Assembly: GCA_904063045.1 (NCBI GenBank)
Contig: CAJFCJ010000066.1
Coordinates: forward strand, 64,131 to 124,453
Reading direction: 5' to 3'
DNA: 60,323 nt
Source: Dimorphilus gyrociliatus
Taxonomy: Eukaryota > Animalia > Annelida
A program made the translations under genes and the position numbers. This document shows, one piece after another, positions 1 to 12,120 of this stretch; position 1 is the stretch's first letter, and every line of letters begins with the position of its first letter. Below the pieces are notes generated by a model. The model worked only from the letters and a program-made list of their open reading frames with translations. It ran no database searches and was not told the origin of the DNA.

Positions 1-130
1 CACCTTTACACAACTAAGAAATCTAGACAATAATCCAATCAGCAAGAGAAAGTTGTACAGTTGAAGAAAACAGGTTGTTTTTTAAAAAAAAAACTAAAAA
101 ATAATAAATAAATAACTAAAAAAAAAACAG

Positions 131-2388
131 AAAAAGATTAAAAATCCTTTGTTTAGAGGACGAATTCCATAGATCTATCTGGTTTTTGCGGGAACAACGA
201 ACAACATGTTCACCTATCACAAGTCTGCGATTATCATATAGATTGCAAAGATAAGAGTGATGAACATGTTGATTTTTGCGCTCAACAACACCAACAATAC
301 ATAAAAAGAGGATGTTTATGGACATTTTCACCAGTTAGAACAACTGGTATTAGAATATTTTATCCATTTTATGAATTTAAAAAGTGTTCTGATAAAAACA
401 AAATTGTCGTCTGCAAATCTGGACAATATAAATGTTTTTATACAAAATATTGTATTTCAATAGATTTAGTATGCGATGGAATAAATCATTGTATAAAAAA
501 TGATGATGAATTATTTTGTGGTGAAAAAGAGAATTTTAAAAGAAAACAAATTCCTAACTTTTTTTTTGTTTTCAGAAGGAAAATTTATAAAATGGACATT
601 CAAATGTAGAAATGAAACAAACCACCATATTCATTTGGATAATGTTTGTAATGGTGTAGTTGATTGTACATATGGCAGTCATGAACTGTTTTGTTCAAAT
701 TTTTGATAAGAAATTTAAAATATACTTTAAATTTACTTCAACATCTAGACATTTCTAACAATAAAATTGAAAATCTTGAAGACATTATTCAATTGGAAAG
801 TTTCTATTTAAAATATTTAGATATTTCATCCAATCCATTTGAAATATTTCCAAATAATATGTCAATGTTTAAATATTTAAAAATTTTAAAAATAACTAAT
901 TGCAACATTAAAACAATTAGTAGTTTATCATTTAGTTCATTTTCAATGTTAAAACAATTACATTTAAATGGAACTGACTTTCCTGTTGGTGATAATGAAA
1001 AAATTGTAGATAATCTTAAAAGTATACAATTTATCTATAATAATCAATTTTCATTGTGTTGTTTAATATGGAAAATTAGAAAATTGAAAATTTTATGCCT
1101 ACCGTCTTCTTCGCAGTTCAACACTTTTTCAGATCTTTTAAGTTCAAATTATACTAGATTCATTTTTTGGCTTTTTGGTATTACTGAATTAACTGGGAAT
1201 ATTGTTCCATTTATATTGTTGATTAAAATGAAATGTTTACTATCCAGTTTTAGAGCAACGTTACTTTTTGCCAATTTTTTAACGTCTTTATACATGCTTT
1301 GTATAGCTATTTTGGATTTATACTTTAGAGAAAATTATATCGAAAATGATGTTAGGTGGCGCCACAGTATACTTTGTAGACTACTTGGATTTTCTATAAC
1401 ATTTTCAATGCTACTCTCCTATAGTAGCATTCTTGTGATAACTGTGGAAAGACATCAGGCAATACTTTATTCCTATAATTTATCAATTGTTCAAAAATGT
1501 AACAAACAAATATCAGCCATTTTAATTCTAATTTGTGCTTTATTATCAACTGTTCAAACAACTTGGTTTATGGTAAATATACTTTTTGTGTGACCTTGAC
1601 ATTTATGTACACCTTTCAATTTCTTTTAAGGAATCTTTTATAAACACACCAATATGCTTTAATATTCGAATTAGGAGTGAAAGTGAAAGAGGATGGATAT
1701 TTTCATTTATTATCTTCAATATAGGACTATTTTTAATTGCAATTTTAAATAGTATTTTATATATAAGAATACTTTTAACTATTCAAAAGTCAATGGCATA
1801 ATTTAAAGATAATATTAAAGTTCAAACAAATGCTTTTAAAGCATTTAGACTGGTTTTTATGCTGATAGTTTCAAATGTAATGTGTTGCCTACCAATTTCA
1901 ATGTTAGGAATTTTGTCTACATTTGTAAAAATTTATTTTTCAAATGATATTTATGCAATTATTATAGCAGTTTTTCTACCTTTGAAAAAAATCAAAAGAA
2001 TTTCACAAATAATTTTATGGATGAATATTACATTGAAATTCAATCAATACCTAAAAGAGAATTTTATACAAAATTAAAGTTTTTTTCAATGATTAAGGAT
2101 ATTGGCAATGAAATCTGTGAAATGCATAATGCATCTGTTACATTTGAAGATGACCTACTTTTAAATAACATTCTGTATCATGTTGTTACTAAAATTAATT
2201 TCTTGTACTTCTTTCAAAATAATGTTGATATTATTTTTTTTTGTTAGAAAATTAATGAAATTTTTTTCATCAAGTCAAGAAAATTTATCAAGTTAGATGA
2301 AGATAATGAAAAACAAAATATTCAAGATTTTGGTTTAATTGTTAGGAAATGTTTACCAAAATATCAAACATCTAACAAATTTTTGTAA
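131..2388 (+). pseudogene. GRL101/LGR-like LDLa-LRR-7TM rhodopsin-class GPCR (copy A), 5'-partial and disrupted, with kinase-like C-tail
   Basis: LDLa exons read by hand: ~185-350 (CGNNEQHVHLSQVCDYHIDCKDKSDE), ~365-520 (CKSGQYKCFYTKYCISIDLVCDGINHCIKNDDELFC) and ~580-705. ORF 691-1593 has LRRs (LQHLDISNN, LKYLDISSN), a hinge CC motif, TM1-4 and the ITVERH (DRY-equivalent) motif. TM5-6 lie at 1630-1980. Lesions: frameshift at ~700, in-frame TAA at 1799-1801, no TM7 NPxxY. Tail exons ~1985-2181 and 2248-2388 (intron 2182-2247). Confidence 0.85.
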
Positions 2389-2599
2389 ATAAATAAAATG
2401 TTTTTTTAAATTTAAAAATTTAATTTTGCGTATTTTTTATTTTGTGGCGGATTTTTTAAAGACTTGTCTTACCTAATGAAAAAGTAGTTAGGAAGAGCAA
2501 AATTTCGTATTTCTCTTGAAGGTCTATTTCCTCATCCTGTTTTTTTATCATTGAGGCTTTTATTAGGGATAAAGAATTTTTCCACATAAGAGCTTCCCA

Positions 2600-3330
2600 G
2601 GGCTCTCGAGATAAATCGTAGGGCTCAATAGGCTACAAAGAAATTTTATTGAAAGCTCTATGGAATCCTAAGGGTTGGTTACTCTCCGGCTTCTCCCTAT
2701 ATTGTTGTAACATTCAAAATCAAAGCCTGAGCTTGAGCAGTCCATTAGCTCCAGCTATTTTAGTAAGGAATAGATCAATATCCTTAATATCTTTCATCAT
2801 ATTTGTCAGATTCTCTCCAACAATATATTATATGATGATAGTTGAAGAATTCTTAAAAAAAAACAATAAGATGAGAATGTCGTTTACGATTTTATCTTCA
2901 AATTGTCACATTATCTTCTGAATGATTCAAAATCCATTACCGGTTTTCTGTAAATTTCTTCAGGAATTATAAATAATTCAACTACATTTTACTGACAATC
3001 AATCTGAGCAGATGTAGTAGATATTAATTCAACTTTTAAACATCCAATCCCAAGCTCTTTGAGGCTAAAGATTATATTTTTAATACTTTTCCAATAAGCA
3101 TAGAGGCTGCACAATTTTGAATAGAATGCATTGAGCTAGATCTAGTTCAGTTGTTGAGAAATACCTCTGAAATATGGTGAGGTTTTAATTGGATAAATTG
3201 TTAAACTACAGTTTCTCTTCACCCTTCTAGAGGATTTTTATTGGTACTGTTGGAAATACAGTGATAGCTCAAACAAGGAACTGCTGCTTGAAAACAACCA
3301 CATCTATTGTTCAAATATAATTTTTAATGG
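2600..3330 (-). pseudogene. Heavily decayed LRR-gene remnant, probably related to the LRRs at 35806-37734
   Basis: Short minus-strand peptides (KLYLNNRCG, TELDLAQC, SLKELGIG, KTGNGF) resemble KVNLSNSRCG and KIGNGF of the RING-B-box-LRR gene. There are many stops. Confidence 0.35.
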
Positions 3331-3443
3331 GAAATTTCGCAATAAATAGTTAAATAAATAGCTTAGTCAAAGTATCCTGTATGTATTCCAAAAACATGTT
3401 GAATCTGATAATGTTTCTTGCCCACATCTTCCTTTATACCTAG

Positions 3444-3956
3444 TTATAATAATTTAGGAAGTTTGGCAACTTCTAATTTTGGTTCTTCAATTTCACTGTT
3501 GATTTTCATTCTGATTGATTGTGCTGCTGCAGTTTGGAATCTGCATCCTTTCCTTGTATAATAGATAAATATCTTCTTGCAAGAATGCATAGGATATTGA
3601 TTTTGTTCTGCATCTACAAGATTTTTCTTGACCTTGAAGAAATACTGAGTTTGGTCACATGTACCATATCTTATATCTTCTTTTGTGATGTGGTAAGCAT
3701 GATGAAGTATTGGGTCTATTGAAAATAAGAGATCCTTATATTTGATCAAAATTTCTTTTGAACATAATTCATTTTTTGTTATAATTGTTGTGTCACAAAC
3801 TACTTGAACAATACGTGTATTGAGGGTTGTTAGATCTCCTAACCATGTACTAAGGGTTCCAAGTATTGTTGGTAGTTGAGGGGGTGATACTGGTGTAAGT
3901 AGTGCTATCATCTTGTTCCTCATGATAAATTCTTTGAATAAAAGTTGTTTAGCCAT
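3444..3956 (-). CDS. 170-aa ORF of unknown function whose ATG overlaps the upstream RING stop codon
   Basis: A 513-nt open frame in very AT-rich DNA. The ATG sits within gATGgcTAA, an 8-nt overlap with the RING ORF. I recognise no domain. Confidence 0.4.
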   Translation of the reverse strand: MAKQLLFKEFIMRNKMIALLTPVSPPQLPTILGTLSTWLGDLTTLNTRIVQVVCDTTIITKNELCSKEILIKYKDLLFSIDPILHHAYHITKEDIRYGTCDQTQYFFKVKKNLVDAEQNQYPMHSCKKIFIYYTRKGCRFQTAAAQSIRMKINSEIEEPKLEVAKLPKLL

Positions 3957-4290
3957 CAGTTGAAAAGTTTAAATTGAAGTTGTCAACATCCGATTTCACT
4001 TCAACATACCCTCTTATTAAATTTCTGCAACATGGACATTTTGGTGTTTGAAGGTTCATTAAACAATTTTTGCAACATATTACATGACTACAAGGAAGCA
4101 ATAGAGAATTTGCAATATGGTTAAAGCACATTTTGCATTGTAGATTATCATAAATTTCGTGATATTTTTTTGTTTCCTCGTTCGATGATGATTTTGCATA
4201 ATCTTTGGACGTCTGAAAGAGAAAATGTTTAATTTTGTATAAAAACAAATAACATATATGATAAACTCTCACATTTTTAAAAACTGCCAT
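3949..4290 (-). CDS. Small IAP/MDM2-type (C3HC4_3) RING-finger protein
   Basis: CKMC..LLPCSHVICCKNC..KCPCCR..IRGY. There is a probable in-frame 60-nt intron at 4272-4213 (GTGAGA...TTTCAG), giving MAVFKN|TSKDY... Confidence 0.8.
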   Translation of the reverse strand: MAVFKNVRVYHICYLFLYKIKHFLFQTSKDYAKSSSNEETKKYHEIYDNLQCKMCFNHIANSLLLPCSHVICCKNCLMNLQTPKCPCCRNLIRGYVEVKSDVDNFNLNFSTDG

Positions 4291-4649
4291 CTGAAATTGA
4301 ATGACTGTTATTGTGAAAGTATTACAGCAGTTTATAAATGAATCATGATATGGATATCCACTTGCATGGTTTTAAAATGGCTCTAGTTTAAATATTCCAT
4401 TTGGCACACTGCCAAATGCAAATTTGGTATAATGTTACGGTTATATGACTTTCTATTATAAAGGGATAGATATAGGAAAACTAGATGGTTGAGTGAGAAA
4501 ATATTCACATTTTATCATTGTTAGTGAATGTTTTCTCCTTAATATAGGCCTACTATTGTTTTCTTTTTTATTCCAATAGTTTCAGATTTTGATTGTTCGA
4601 ATAAATCAACGTGATTAGAAGCTCTTTAAGTTTGGGAAAACAGTGAATG

Positions 4650-4744
4650 TTTTCTGGGAATGTTTAGGTTAATGTATGTTGAATTCATGGATTATGACGA
4701 AACAGTTAACTTCATAAAGTAGGTGGGGACATTGAAGAGGTTAT
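4650..4744 (+). mobile_element. Mariner transposase internal fragment
   Basis: ttttctgggaatg...tgttgaattcatggattatgacgaaacagttaact...gaagaggtta aligns by eye to 16742-16838 of the full mariner. Confidence 0.8.
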
Positions 4745-5025
4745 CTAATACGGATGCGACAGAAAAACGTCCACAAATGAGTGCTTTTACCCTAACCCTA
4801 ATAGTTGATCTTAGCGAGAACATGAATCTTAGTCTACATAACATGTGTGAAGGACTTGATAATTCATCAAAAAGTTTTTCAGTTGTAAGAAATGCACTGA
4901 AAAAGATACTTTTAGTGAATGCATTTCCAGGTCATATGCTCTGTCAAAAGAAAAAAATGAAAGGTGAATTGTTCAGTTTACTTTCAATTGTAGGTATGGA
5001 ATGTGAGGCAAGCAGTTTTTAAAAA

Positions 5026-6660
5026 TTAAAAACATATTTTTTTAACAAACCAAATAGTTAATAAGAATATGATGAGTATAATTGTAAATAAATCTATATT
5101 ATAGAGTTTATAGGCTGGCATATCTATTGCAGAATGTCTTAAATGGTTGCCACCAAACTTTAAAATGTGCTCAATCCAATATACAGCTTTTTCCAAAGGT
5201 TTTGGTTTTTGAGAATTGAGAAGAGAGGAAACTCTTCTTGCTGATTCTGAATAGGATTTTACTTTTAACATTTTAAAAATATACTCATTAAGGGATGATA
5301 CACCCTTTGTATGGAATGGTAAAATTTCTAAAGCGCCGTGTCTTTTAAAACGGACTGAGTTGTCCATACTATCAGCAGGTAGAGGTAGGACTAAAACTGG
5401 AGTACTGTGATACATTGCCTCGTAAACGGAATTTAAACCACCATGAGATATAAGTAGAACACAATTTTCTTTAGAAAGAAGATAAACTTGAGGAATCCAT
5501 TTGAAGATATGAATATTTGAATATTCTTTATCCAACTGACACTTTAATGACCAAATCCAGTGGATATCTTTAAAATTTTTAAGAATATTACTTATTTTTT
5601 CTAACAAGGTAGGATGGTGGCAAAAGTCTAAAGCGCTTCCAAAGGCGATAATACCAAATCTGTGAGTAGTTATATTAATTTAAGAGAGATAAGTAAATAT
5701 ACAACCATTTTGTTACCTTTTGATGGTAATTTCATGGAATTTTTGGTGAATATTTGTATCATCTACTGGCTGAGATGCTAAAATCCCACCAACTTGTACT
5801 ATGTTTGGTGTTAAAGGACGTGGAAATTCAAAAATATAGTCCGAATTCACAAGGAATAGTTGGGCATCTTTTCGAATTTCAGATATACTTTTACCTGGAG
5901 AAATTTTCATTTCCACTTTTAAATCTTCAAAAATCCTATCCAAATTATCCAGAACAACTGTTAAGTGGATATTTGAAATGATATTTCTCATTCTATCAAT
6001 AATTGTCATCTTATCAGTTAAAGAACTCAAAAAGGTTGGAACCCATGACACTGGTCCAGGTATGGCTGCTTGGGAATATGTTATATAGGACGAACATTCG
6101 TACATGACGAATGGTTTCTTATATTTTTCAACTAATAGGAAACCACAAAAGAAATATTGATCAATAACAATTAGGTCAAATTTTTTGAGTCGTTCCTCAA
6201 CTGAACAATCCGACAACATTGTTCGGCAATCTTCGATAAAAGCATCCCAAACAACTTTATACAACTTATCCATTTTTATATAAGATATGTTCTGATATAA
6301 CGAATCAATTGAACTATTTCTGATAGCTTCCCCAACCAATTCAACATGCTCTGGGGAAACTGGGGAAGATATCTCAAAAAGTGAAATATTACCAAGATTG
6401 TCCAGGCGAACAGTTCCTTGTTTTGAAATGCTAACTTGATGTCCGGATTTAATTAATCCTTTTCCAAGAGCAATAAGATTATCTGCATGACTCTTTGTTG
6501 AATATTTTGTTACTGGTGGTGTTAATAACAACAGATTTGAACTTAAACTTGAAGTTATCCATTGGCTTAGAAGTAAAATTCGAATAAGCATTTTTCCTTC
6601 TTTTTCTTGTTGAATACTGGTTGCTTCTTTATCAGAGAGACTACTATCAGTAATTGTCAT
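5026..6660 (-). CDS. UDP-glucuronosyl/glycosyltransferase (GT1, UGT), 2 exons, 525 aa
   Basis: Exons 6660-5717 and 5659-5026, with a 57-nt GT-AG phase-2 intron joining ...ITIKR|FGIIAFGS. Signature WIPQVYLL...HGGLNSVYEAMYHSTPVLVLPLPADSMDN, N-terminal SH, C-terminal TM helix. Confidence 0.93.
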
Positions 6661-7199
6661 TATTTATATTCCAGATAGTACGATCTTATCTATGTGAGAT
6701 GATTGAATCAGTTACTTGTCGTATTTCATTTTTTTGTGCAATAGTTGAAGAAATATAGGACAAATAAGATATTACAAGATACTTCTTATCCTCTGATCGC
6801 ACATTCCAAAAAGTTTATGTCCAATCTACAACTCTATACTCTGACCTTTAAAAAAATAGCATATTTACTGGATTTTTTATTTAATTCAGAGAAGACACTA
6901 GATGTCACTCCTGCGTTTTTCCAATTTTATCTTAATTAAACAAAACGAAACAAACAGATAAGAAATTAAGAGTTTGCGATTCAAATTTTAACATTCCACC
7001 GCCAATTGATGAGTGTTTTACGCTTTTTTGAATTCAAAATGGATGTTTTACAGAAGGATTTAGGACTAATGAATTTCAATCAACATTAACTATTTTAAAT
7101 TTTGAGAATTATGCTAAAGAAACGTTTGAAGCTGCCAAAGGAGCATGTATTGTCAACTTCTATTCTGAACATTACAGACTGATACGTTTTGAACAAAAT

Positions 7200-10100
7200 T
7201 ATTGGGGGAAAATGTAGCATTTAATAGGCCTATTGAGTACATAGGTACCAAATAACCAGTGATAAAATGCATTCAATGTTATGTCCGAAAGGTGGCGTTA
7301 AAGGTCAATTTGTTGTTTTCCTCTCTAAGGAAACTGATAGCAAAAGCATTAAATTGAGAGAAATTGGTGTGTTTGGGAAATATTTAAGGGTTTCTGATCA
7401 GAAAAATACCAATAAAGTGGACGACATGTATATATGGACACCGTAAATTTTGATAGGCCAATTTTTAATTAATGGTTAAAATTGTTTGTCCTCTGCAAAT
7501 TAGTATTTTTTGTCTAAATTTATATAGAAAAAGAGTTAAATTGACATAATATTGAAAAAAATTTAAGAAAATGATAATATTTTGTGAAGATTATTAGCAA
7601 AAATTTTTAATAATTTTCATAAGTTTTTTCTTTATTTGGCCGCGCGACATGTTTATTGGAACATTGAGTTGACATCTGGTTTGACATTCAAATAGACATC
7701 TCAAACAAAAAATTTTTCAACTTTTTTCCTGTTTTAAGTTAAGTTAATTAGTTATTGAATATTAAAAATTACTGTACATAATTTATATTGTATTTTTTAA
7801 TTATAGTTTGGAGTCAAGATTTAAGGGATTTGGTAATCAAGAAATTTAGTAAAATAGGGAAATTAAGGGCAACAGCAAGAGTTTTAGGAATGGCACCATC
7901 ATCAGTCAGTAACATATTGAAGTACAAGCAGCCAGAACAAGACAATAGGGGAGGTCTGAAGAAGCTTTCTGACAGAGAGATAGCAAGGATGAAAAGAATT
8001 ATAAAGAAACTAAAAGATAACAAGCAAAGAGTGACAGCAGCAAAGATATTAAAGGAATTAGAAGTAGATGTAAGTGTAAGAACAATACAGAGGGAGCTGA
8101 AAAGACAAAATTTCAAATATAAAAGAGTCAGACAAAGAACTGATCTCACCTCCAAAGACTGTAAACACAGAAAAGTGTACTGCCTCAAAGTTATTAGTGA
8201 AAATCTAGACTGGTCTAGGGTTATTTTTACTGATGAGGCTAGCCTGATAAGTGGACCTGATGATTTTAAGACTTGGACCAGTAACAGCGAAAAGGACTTC
8301 AGGGTCACAAAAAATATGGGGAGAGGCGGGGTATTGGTGTGGGGGTTGATAACCTCTGATGGCATATTTGAAGTCTGGAGGATAAGGAGCAAGCTGAATA
8401 CTGAAAACTATAGCTCCTTCATTGTGGAAGATGTTCTGCCTGTGATAGAAGAAATTGAGGCAAAAATGGGCAGGCAGTACATCTTCCAGCAAGACAATGC
8501 TGGCTGTCACTGCAAGAAAAATGAAAAGGGCCTTTAAAATCAATGACATCAAACCAATAGATTGGTCAGCCAGGAGCCTTGATCTGAGTCCAATAGAGAA
8601 CATGTGGCATCTGACCAAGACAATGGTCTATGATGGTCCACAGTTCGAGACAGAGGTTGAACTGTGGGAAAAGATTAAGAAATGCTCCTACAAGGTTATC
8701 AACAGAAATCCACTCTTGTTGCCAAGTTTATATGAGGGAATGGGCCATAGAATAAGCAAATGTATAGAAAGAGAGGGTGGGCACATACAAAAATAGATCA
8801 AAATTTAACTATTGAACATTGTTCCAATAAACAATAAGAAAAAAAAATCAGAAAACTATGGTAATTTCTATAAAAAAAAAATATGTAAAAATGTACTGCT
8901 GTTTTAAAGAAATTTATATAAAGTTGCAAATTTAACCTATTATTAAATACTAAAAAAATAAAAAATATAATCTTTTTTCATCACAAAAAAGATTTTTAAT
9001 ATTTGGCCTATAAAAATTTCAGGTGTTCGAACATACCTGTCATCCACTTTATATTACTCAATAAACCAGCATGGAGTGATTCGATTTTCAATCCAGAATT
9101 TGTAACCCATAACAGTGTAAATGGAAATTATGCAGATTTATTCCATTCAAGAAACAGAGGCAAACCATGGATAAGGATTAATATGCTTGGAATTTATCAA
9201 ATTCTCCAGATGGCCATAAAAAATAGAGACACCAAGTAAGAATTAAGAAAATACCTCTCCCTTATCAATTCACTTTCTCTTTCAGATCATCAGAGAGCAA
9301 GATATATTGCTGGATTAGTATCAGATTATCAAAAGTTTGACATTGACCTTGAACATTTCTACTCGAAAACTTGTTTTATTAATAATTTCAACTTTACTGG
9401 TGGAGAATATAGAATTTGGAATTGTAGCCAACCGTTTCCAGTTGGGCGTTACGTAATTTTCTATTTAAATTCCAGTCATGTCTTTTTCAATATGAGGGAA
9501 TTTGAGGCATATGGTGAAAAATCAATAGATAATGATTCAAATATTTTACCATTGATCAAAAGTGATAGAAATGTAAATACAAAACTATACAGTATACAGA
9601 CAGAGAAGATAATGAGCAATATCCACTAAAGATTATTGATGGTTTGAGCAGCAATTCAAATTATCCAGATAAATTTTTATCATGTTCTGGAACATTGACA
9701 ACTGATGATAATTTTGAAGCAAGACTTACTGTTTATATGGATAATTATTACATGGTTAATCAACTTGTTCTTCTACTGATCTCTTTACATGAAAAAGGTT
9801 CTACCAGTTTTCTTTCTCTTTCTCTCTTTTTCAGTTAAGTACCAGTTTTTTTAACAATAGAAAATTTTGAAAATGTTCAGATGGCAGTTGAAATCTTTAA
9901 TAATGTATTACAATGACAAGTTTGCTCTTTAGCAAATGAATCTTCAGTGGAGCATTTATTATATGAATGTAACTTTATTGGCGATAGAGTATCATTCTAT
10001 AACATTGGCGGGAATAAATTTATGAAAATATGTGAAATATTTATTCTTGGCAAAAGAAAACCTTACAGCAATGATAGTTTAGGCAAATTTACTTTTGGAA

Positions 10101-10743
10101 CTTTAGGTTACTCACTGAATACTACAACAATTGAACCGAATTCAAATTGTCTACTTTCTCCTACTAAAGACAATTACATTCAATTTCCAGTTTATTCCAG
10201 ATTTTTTGCAGTTGGTTTTTTATTGTCTGAAACTGTAAATTTTCTCTCTTCGCCCCCTTTGAAAATTTATGGGGTAACACCAACAACCGAAACGCTATGT
10301 AAAACTTTTACAGATATTCTCAAAATTTCAAATGCTACGTATTTTACGTTCTACTGCAAAAATGAAATTGTTGCAAAATACATAAGATTTTATTCAGAAG
10401 ACAAATCGTATTCAATGTGTAGTTATTAAAATAATGTTTTGATAAATGAGGGAAAAAATCCCAATTCAATTCAATTCTCTTGAATATTTTCATTCAATTC
10501 TACACAGTTAAATTACTTTTAAAATTGGAAAATATTGTCCCAAAATCCATCTATATTTACTCTTCAAAGTTCAATATGACTTTTCAACAATGTTTCAATT
10601 ATTGTATCAGTGACGCAAATTGTGAAAATATGATTTATTCCATTTCTAGAAAAAAACTGCAGTTTAAGCAATTTTGCAGTTTTAAAAACTTTGAAAAATT
10701 ATACAACGGAATCGTCTATGACAAAAGTATTGATTTTATATAA
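7200..10743 (+). pseudogene. Tandem F-type lectin (fucolectin/FTP-like) domain gene with C-terminal PAN/apple-like segment, interrupted by Tc1
   Basis: The reconstructed frame across the Tc1 reads ...CPKGGVKGQFVVF..IKLREIGVFG..KNTN|ILLNKPAWSDS..FHSRNRGKPWIRINM..IKNRDT. A further exon reads ...PVGRYVIFYLNSSHVFFNMREFEAYG (9290-9510). More FTP-like text lies at 9640-10050 (MKICEIFILG), and FQQCFNYCISDANC at 10580-10625. Start is approximate; 1-nt frame conflicts are present. Confidence 0.75.
7415..9049 (+). mobile_element. Tc1-family (DD34E) DNA transposon, ~1.63 kb, transposase frameshifted
   Basis: TA TSDs at 7413-14 and 9050-51. Imperfect TIR AAGTGGA(C/T)GACA..ACACC..AAATTTT..ATAGGCCA. Motifs VIFTDE, FQQDNA and DLSPIENMW. 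A 2-nt loss at ~8508 splits ORFs 7788-8537 and 8455-8796; repairing it gives D-34-E spacing. Confidence 0.95.
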
Positions 10744-10879
10744 AATATATTATAACCCTTTTGAATTTTGTTAAACATTCCAAACCGGAAGTTGAAAAGT
10801 TGAATAAATATATCGAGTATAGAATTCGATATTCATCTTGATTAAACAATATATTTTGACTACTTAACATAGATTATTG

Positions 10880-11990
10880 ACAAAAAAAAAAACATCTTGA
10901 TTTCAAGCTCTTGAATTACTTCCCTGCAGTTTTACATGCAGAAAATCATTTCTAGATAAGGATAACACCACTGATAACAAATATGGATCATAATCATCCT
11001 TTTGGCCAGCATAGGAAGTTAATGGTAGATTATCATTAATTCTTATTTCATGTAAAGGATATGTTATAGATTCCAGTTTGCGGTATGACATACTTTGAAA
11101 TCAAGTTTTATATTGTGAAATCTTGCAAATTCCGATTTATCAATATCAAAACTATTATAGCTGCAACAGTAAGGCTTATCTTTACTGTCTAATTTGAATA
11201 AGGCTAAAGATGTTGACAAATCGGCTTCGACTTAGGATGTTCAATTGGTCAAGGTTAAGCCAATGTCGTCTCCAGCTTGTATGAAGGTTGGAAAGTTTTT
11301 GGTCTGATGAGTTGCATGGCGGCCTATATAGAATGTATTAAAGTTTCTATATTGTTCCTTAGCGTTATTTACATAAAAGCTGACAATAGTGTCATCTATT
11401 GGATTAAATCTAGAACTAAATCCAACAAAATATAAACCAGATTCACTTACTTGTAAATGATTATTTTCCAATCTAAAACCTCTCACAGCCATGATAATTG
11501 ATAAAGGAATTAATGATGATTTCTCAATCCATTCGTCATCTTAAGTGCCAAAGAAATTCAAACTAGTTTTGTAATAAAAACCAGCCCACAATGTATTACT
11601 ACCGCCAGTTATGTTTGCAGTACTATAGGCTTGTTGAGCAACTCTCTATCAGTTTCATCCAACTGAAGATTCTACAACCGTTGCTGTCATTAATAAAAAG
11701 TGCATTCCAGATCTTGGTATAAGACTATTATCAGATTGATTGAATAAGTCTCGAGAATTTAAATTCACTATTCCCCAATGCATTCTTCCTTCCTCAACAT
11801 TTGCAGATTTATCAACTGAAACCATAAATGCTGGATTATCTGCCTCTTTAACCAGAACATTCCAATTTCCAGTCAGGTCAAAAACATTTGAACTGCAAAG
11901 AATAACAAATAAACAAATATTTTTGATCAAGCTGATGGAAAGCCTAGCAACAGCAAAAATAGGTCAAATGGACAAATGTTGATATCAATC
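10880..11990 (-). pseudogene. Multi-C1q-like (gC1q/TNF-fold) domain gene, fragmented
   Basis: PAFMVS...MHWGIVNLNSRDLFNQSDNSLIPRSGMHFL, GFRLENNHLQVSESGLYFVGFS and LSRNDFLHVKL are C1q-like strands (F.v..sG.Y.F; L..gD.v.v.L). It is paralogous to 32400-33200. Confidence 0.65.
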
Positions 11991-12120
11991 ATCAAAATGT
12001 GGCTAGCAATTCATATCCAATCATCACCCATCTCCTTTTTTTGAAAATCAACCTTGGCTCCACTTCCTCCACTATAACTAGTCAAACTGTGAATATTGCT
12101 TATGAATCAAGTTTCTTATT

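Noticed and set aside
4273-4290. N-terminal AVF(K) as an IAP-binding motif on a RING protein
   Set aside because: It does not fit the A-V/I/T-P/A-F/I/Y consensus well and is not shared by the paralog (MAEL).
3444-4290. Endogenous viral origin (baculovirus/nudivirus-like IAP RING)
   Set aside because: The paralog at 45 kb needs a spliceosomal intron to be read, there is no BIR domain, and no viral core genes are nearby.
7814-8618. Minus-strand ORFs 7814-8392 and 8205-8618
   Set aside because: These are antisense shadows of the Tc1 transposase with no independent motifs.
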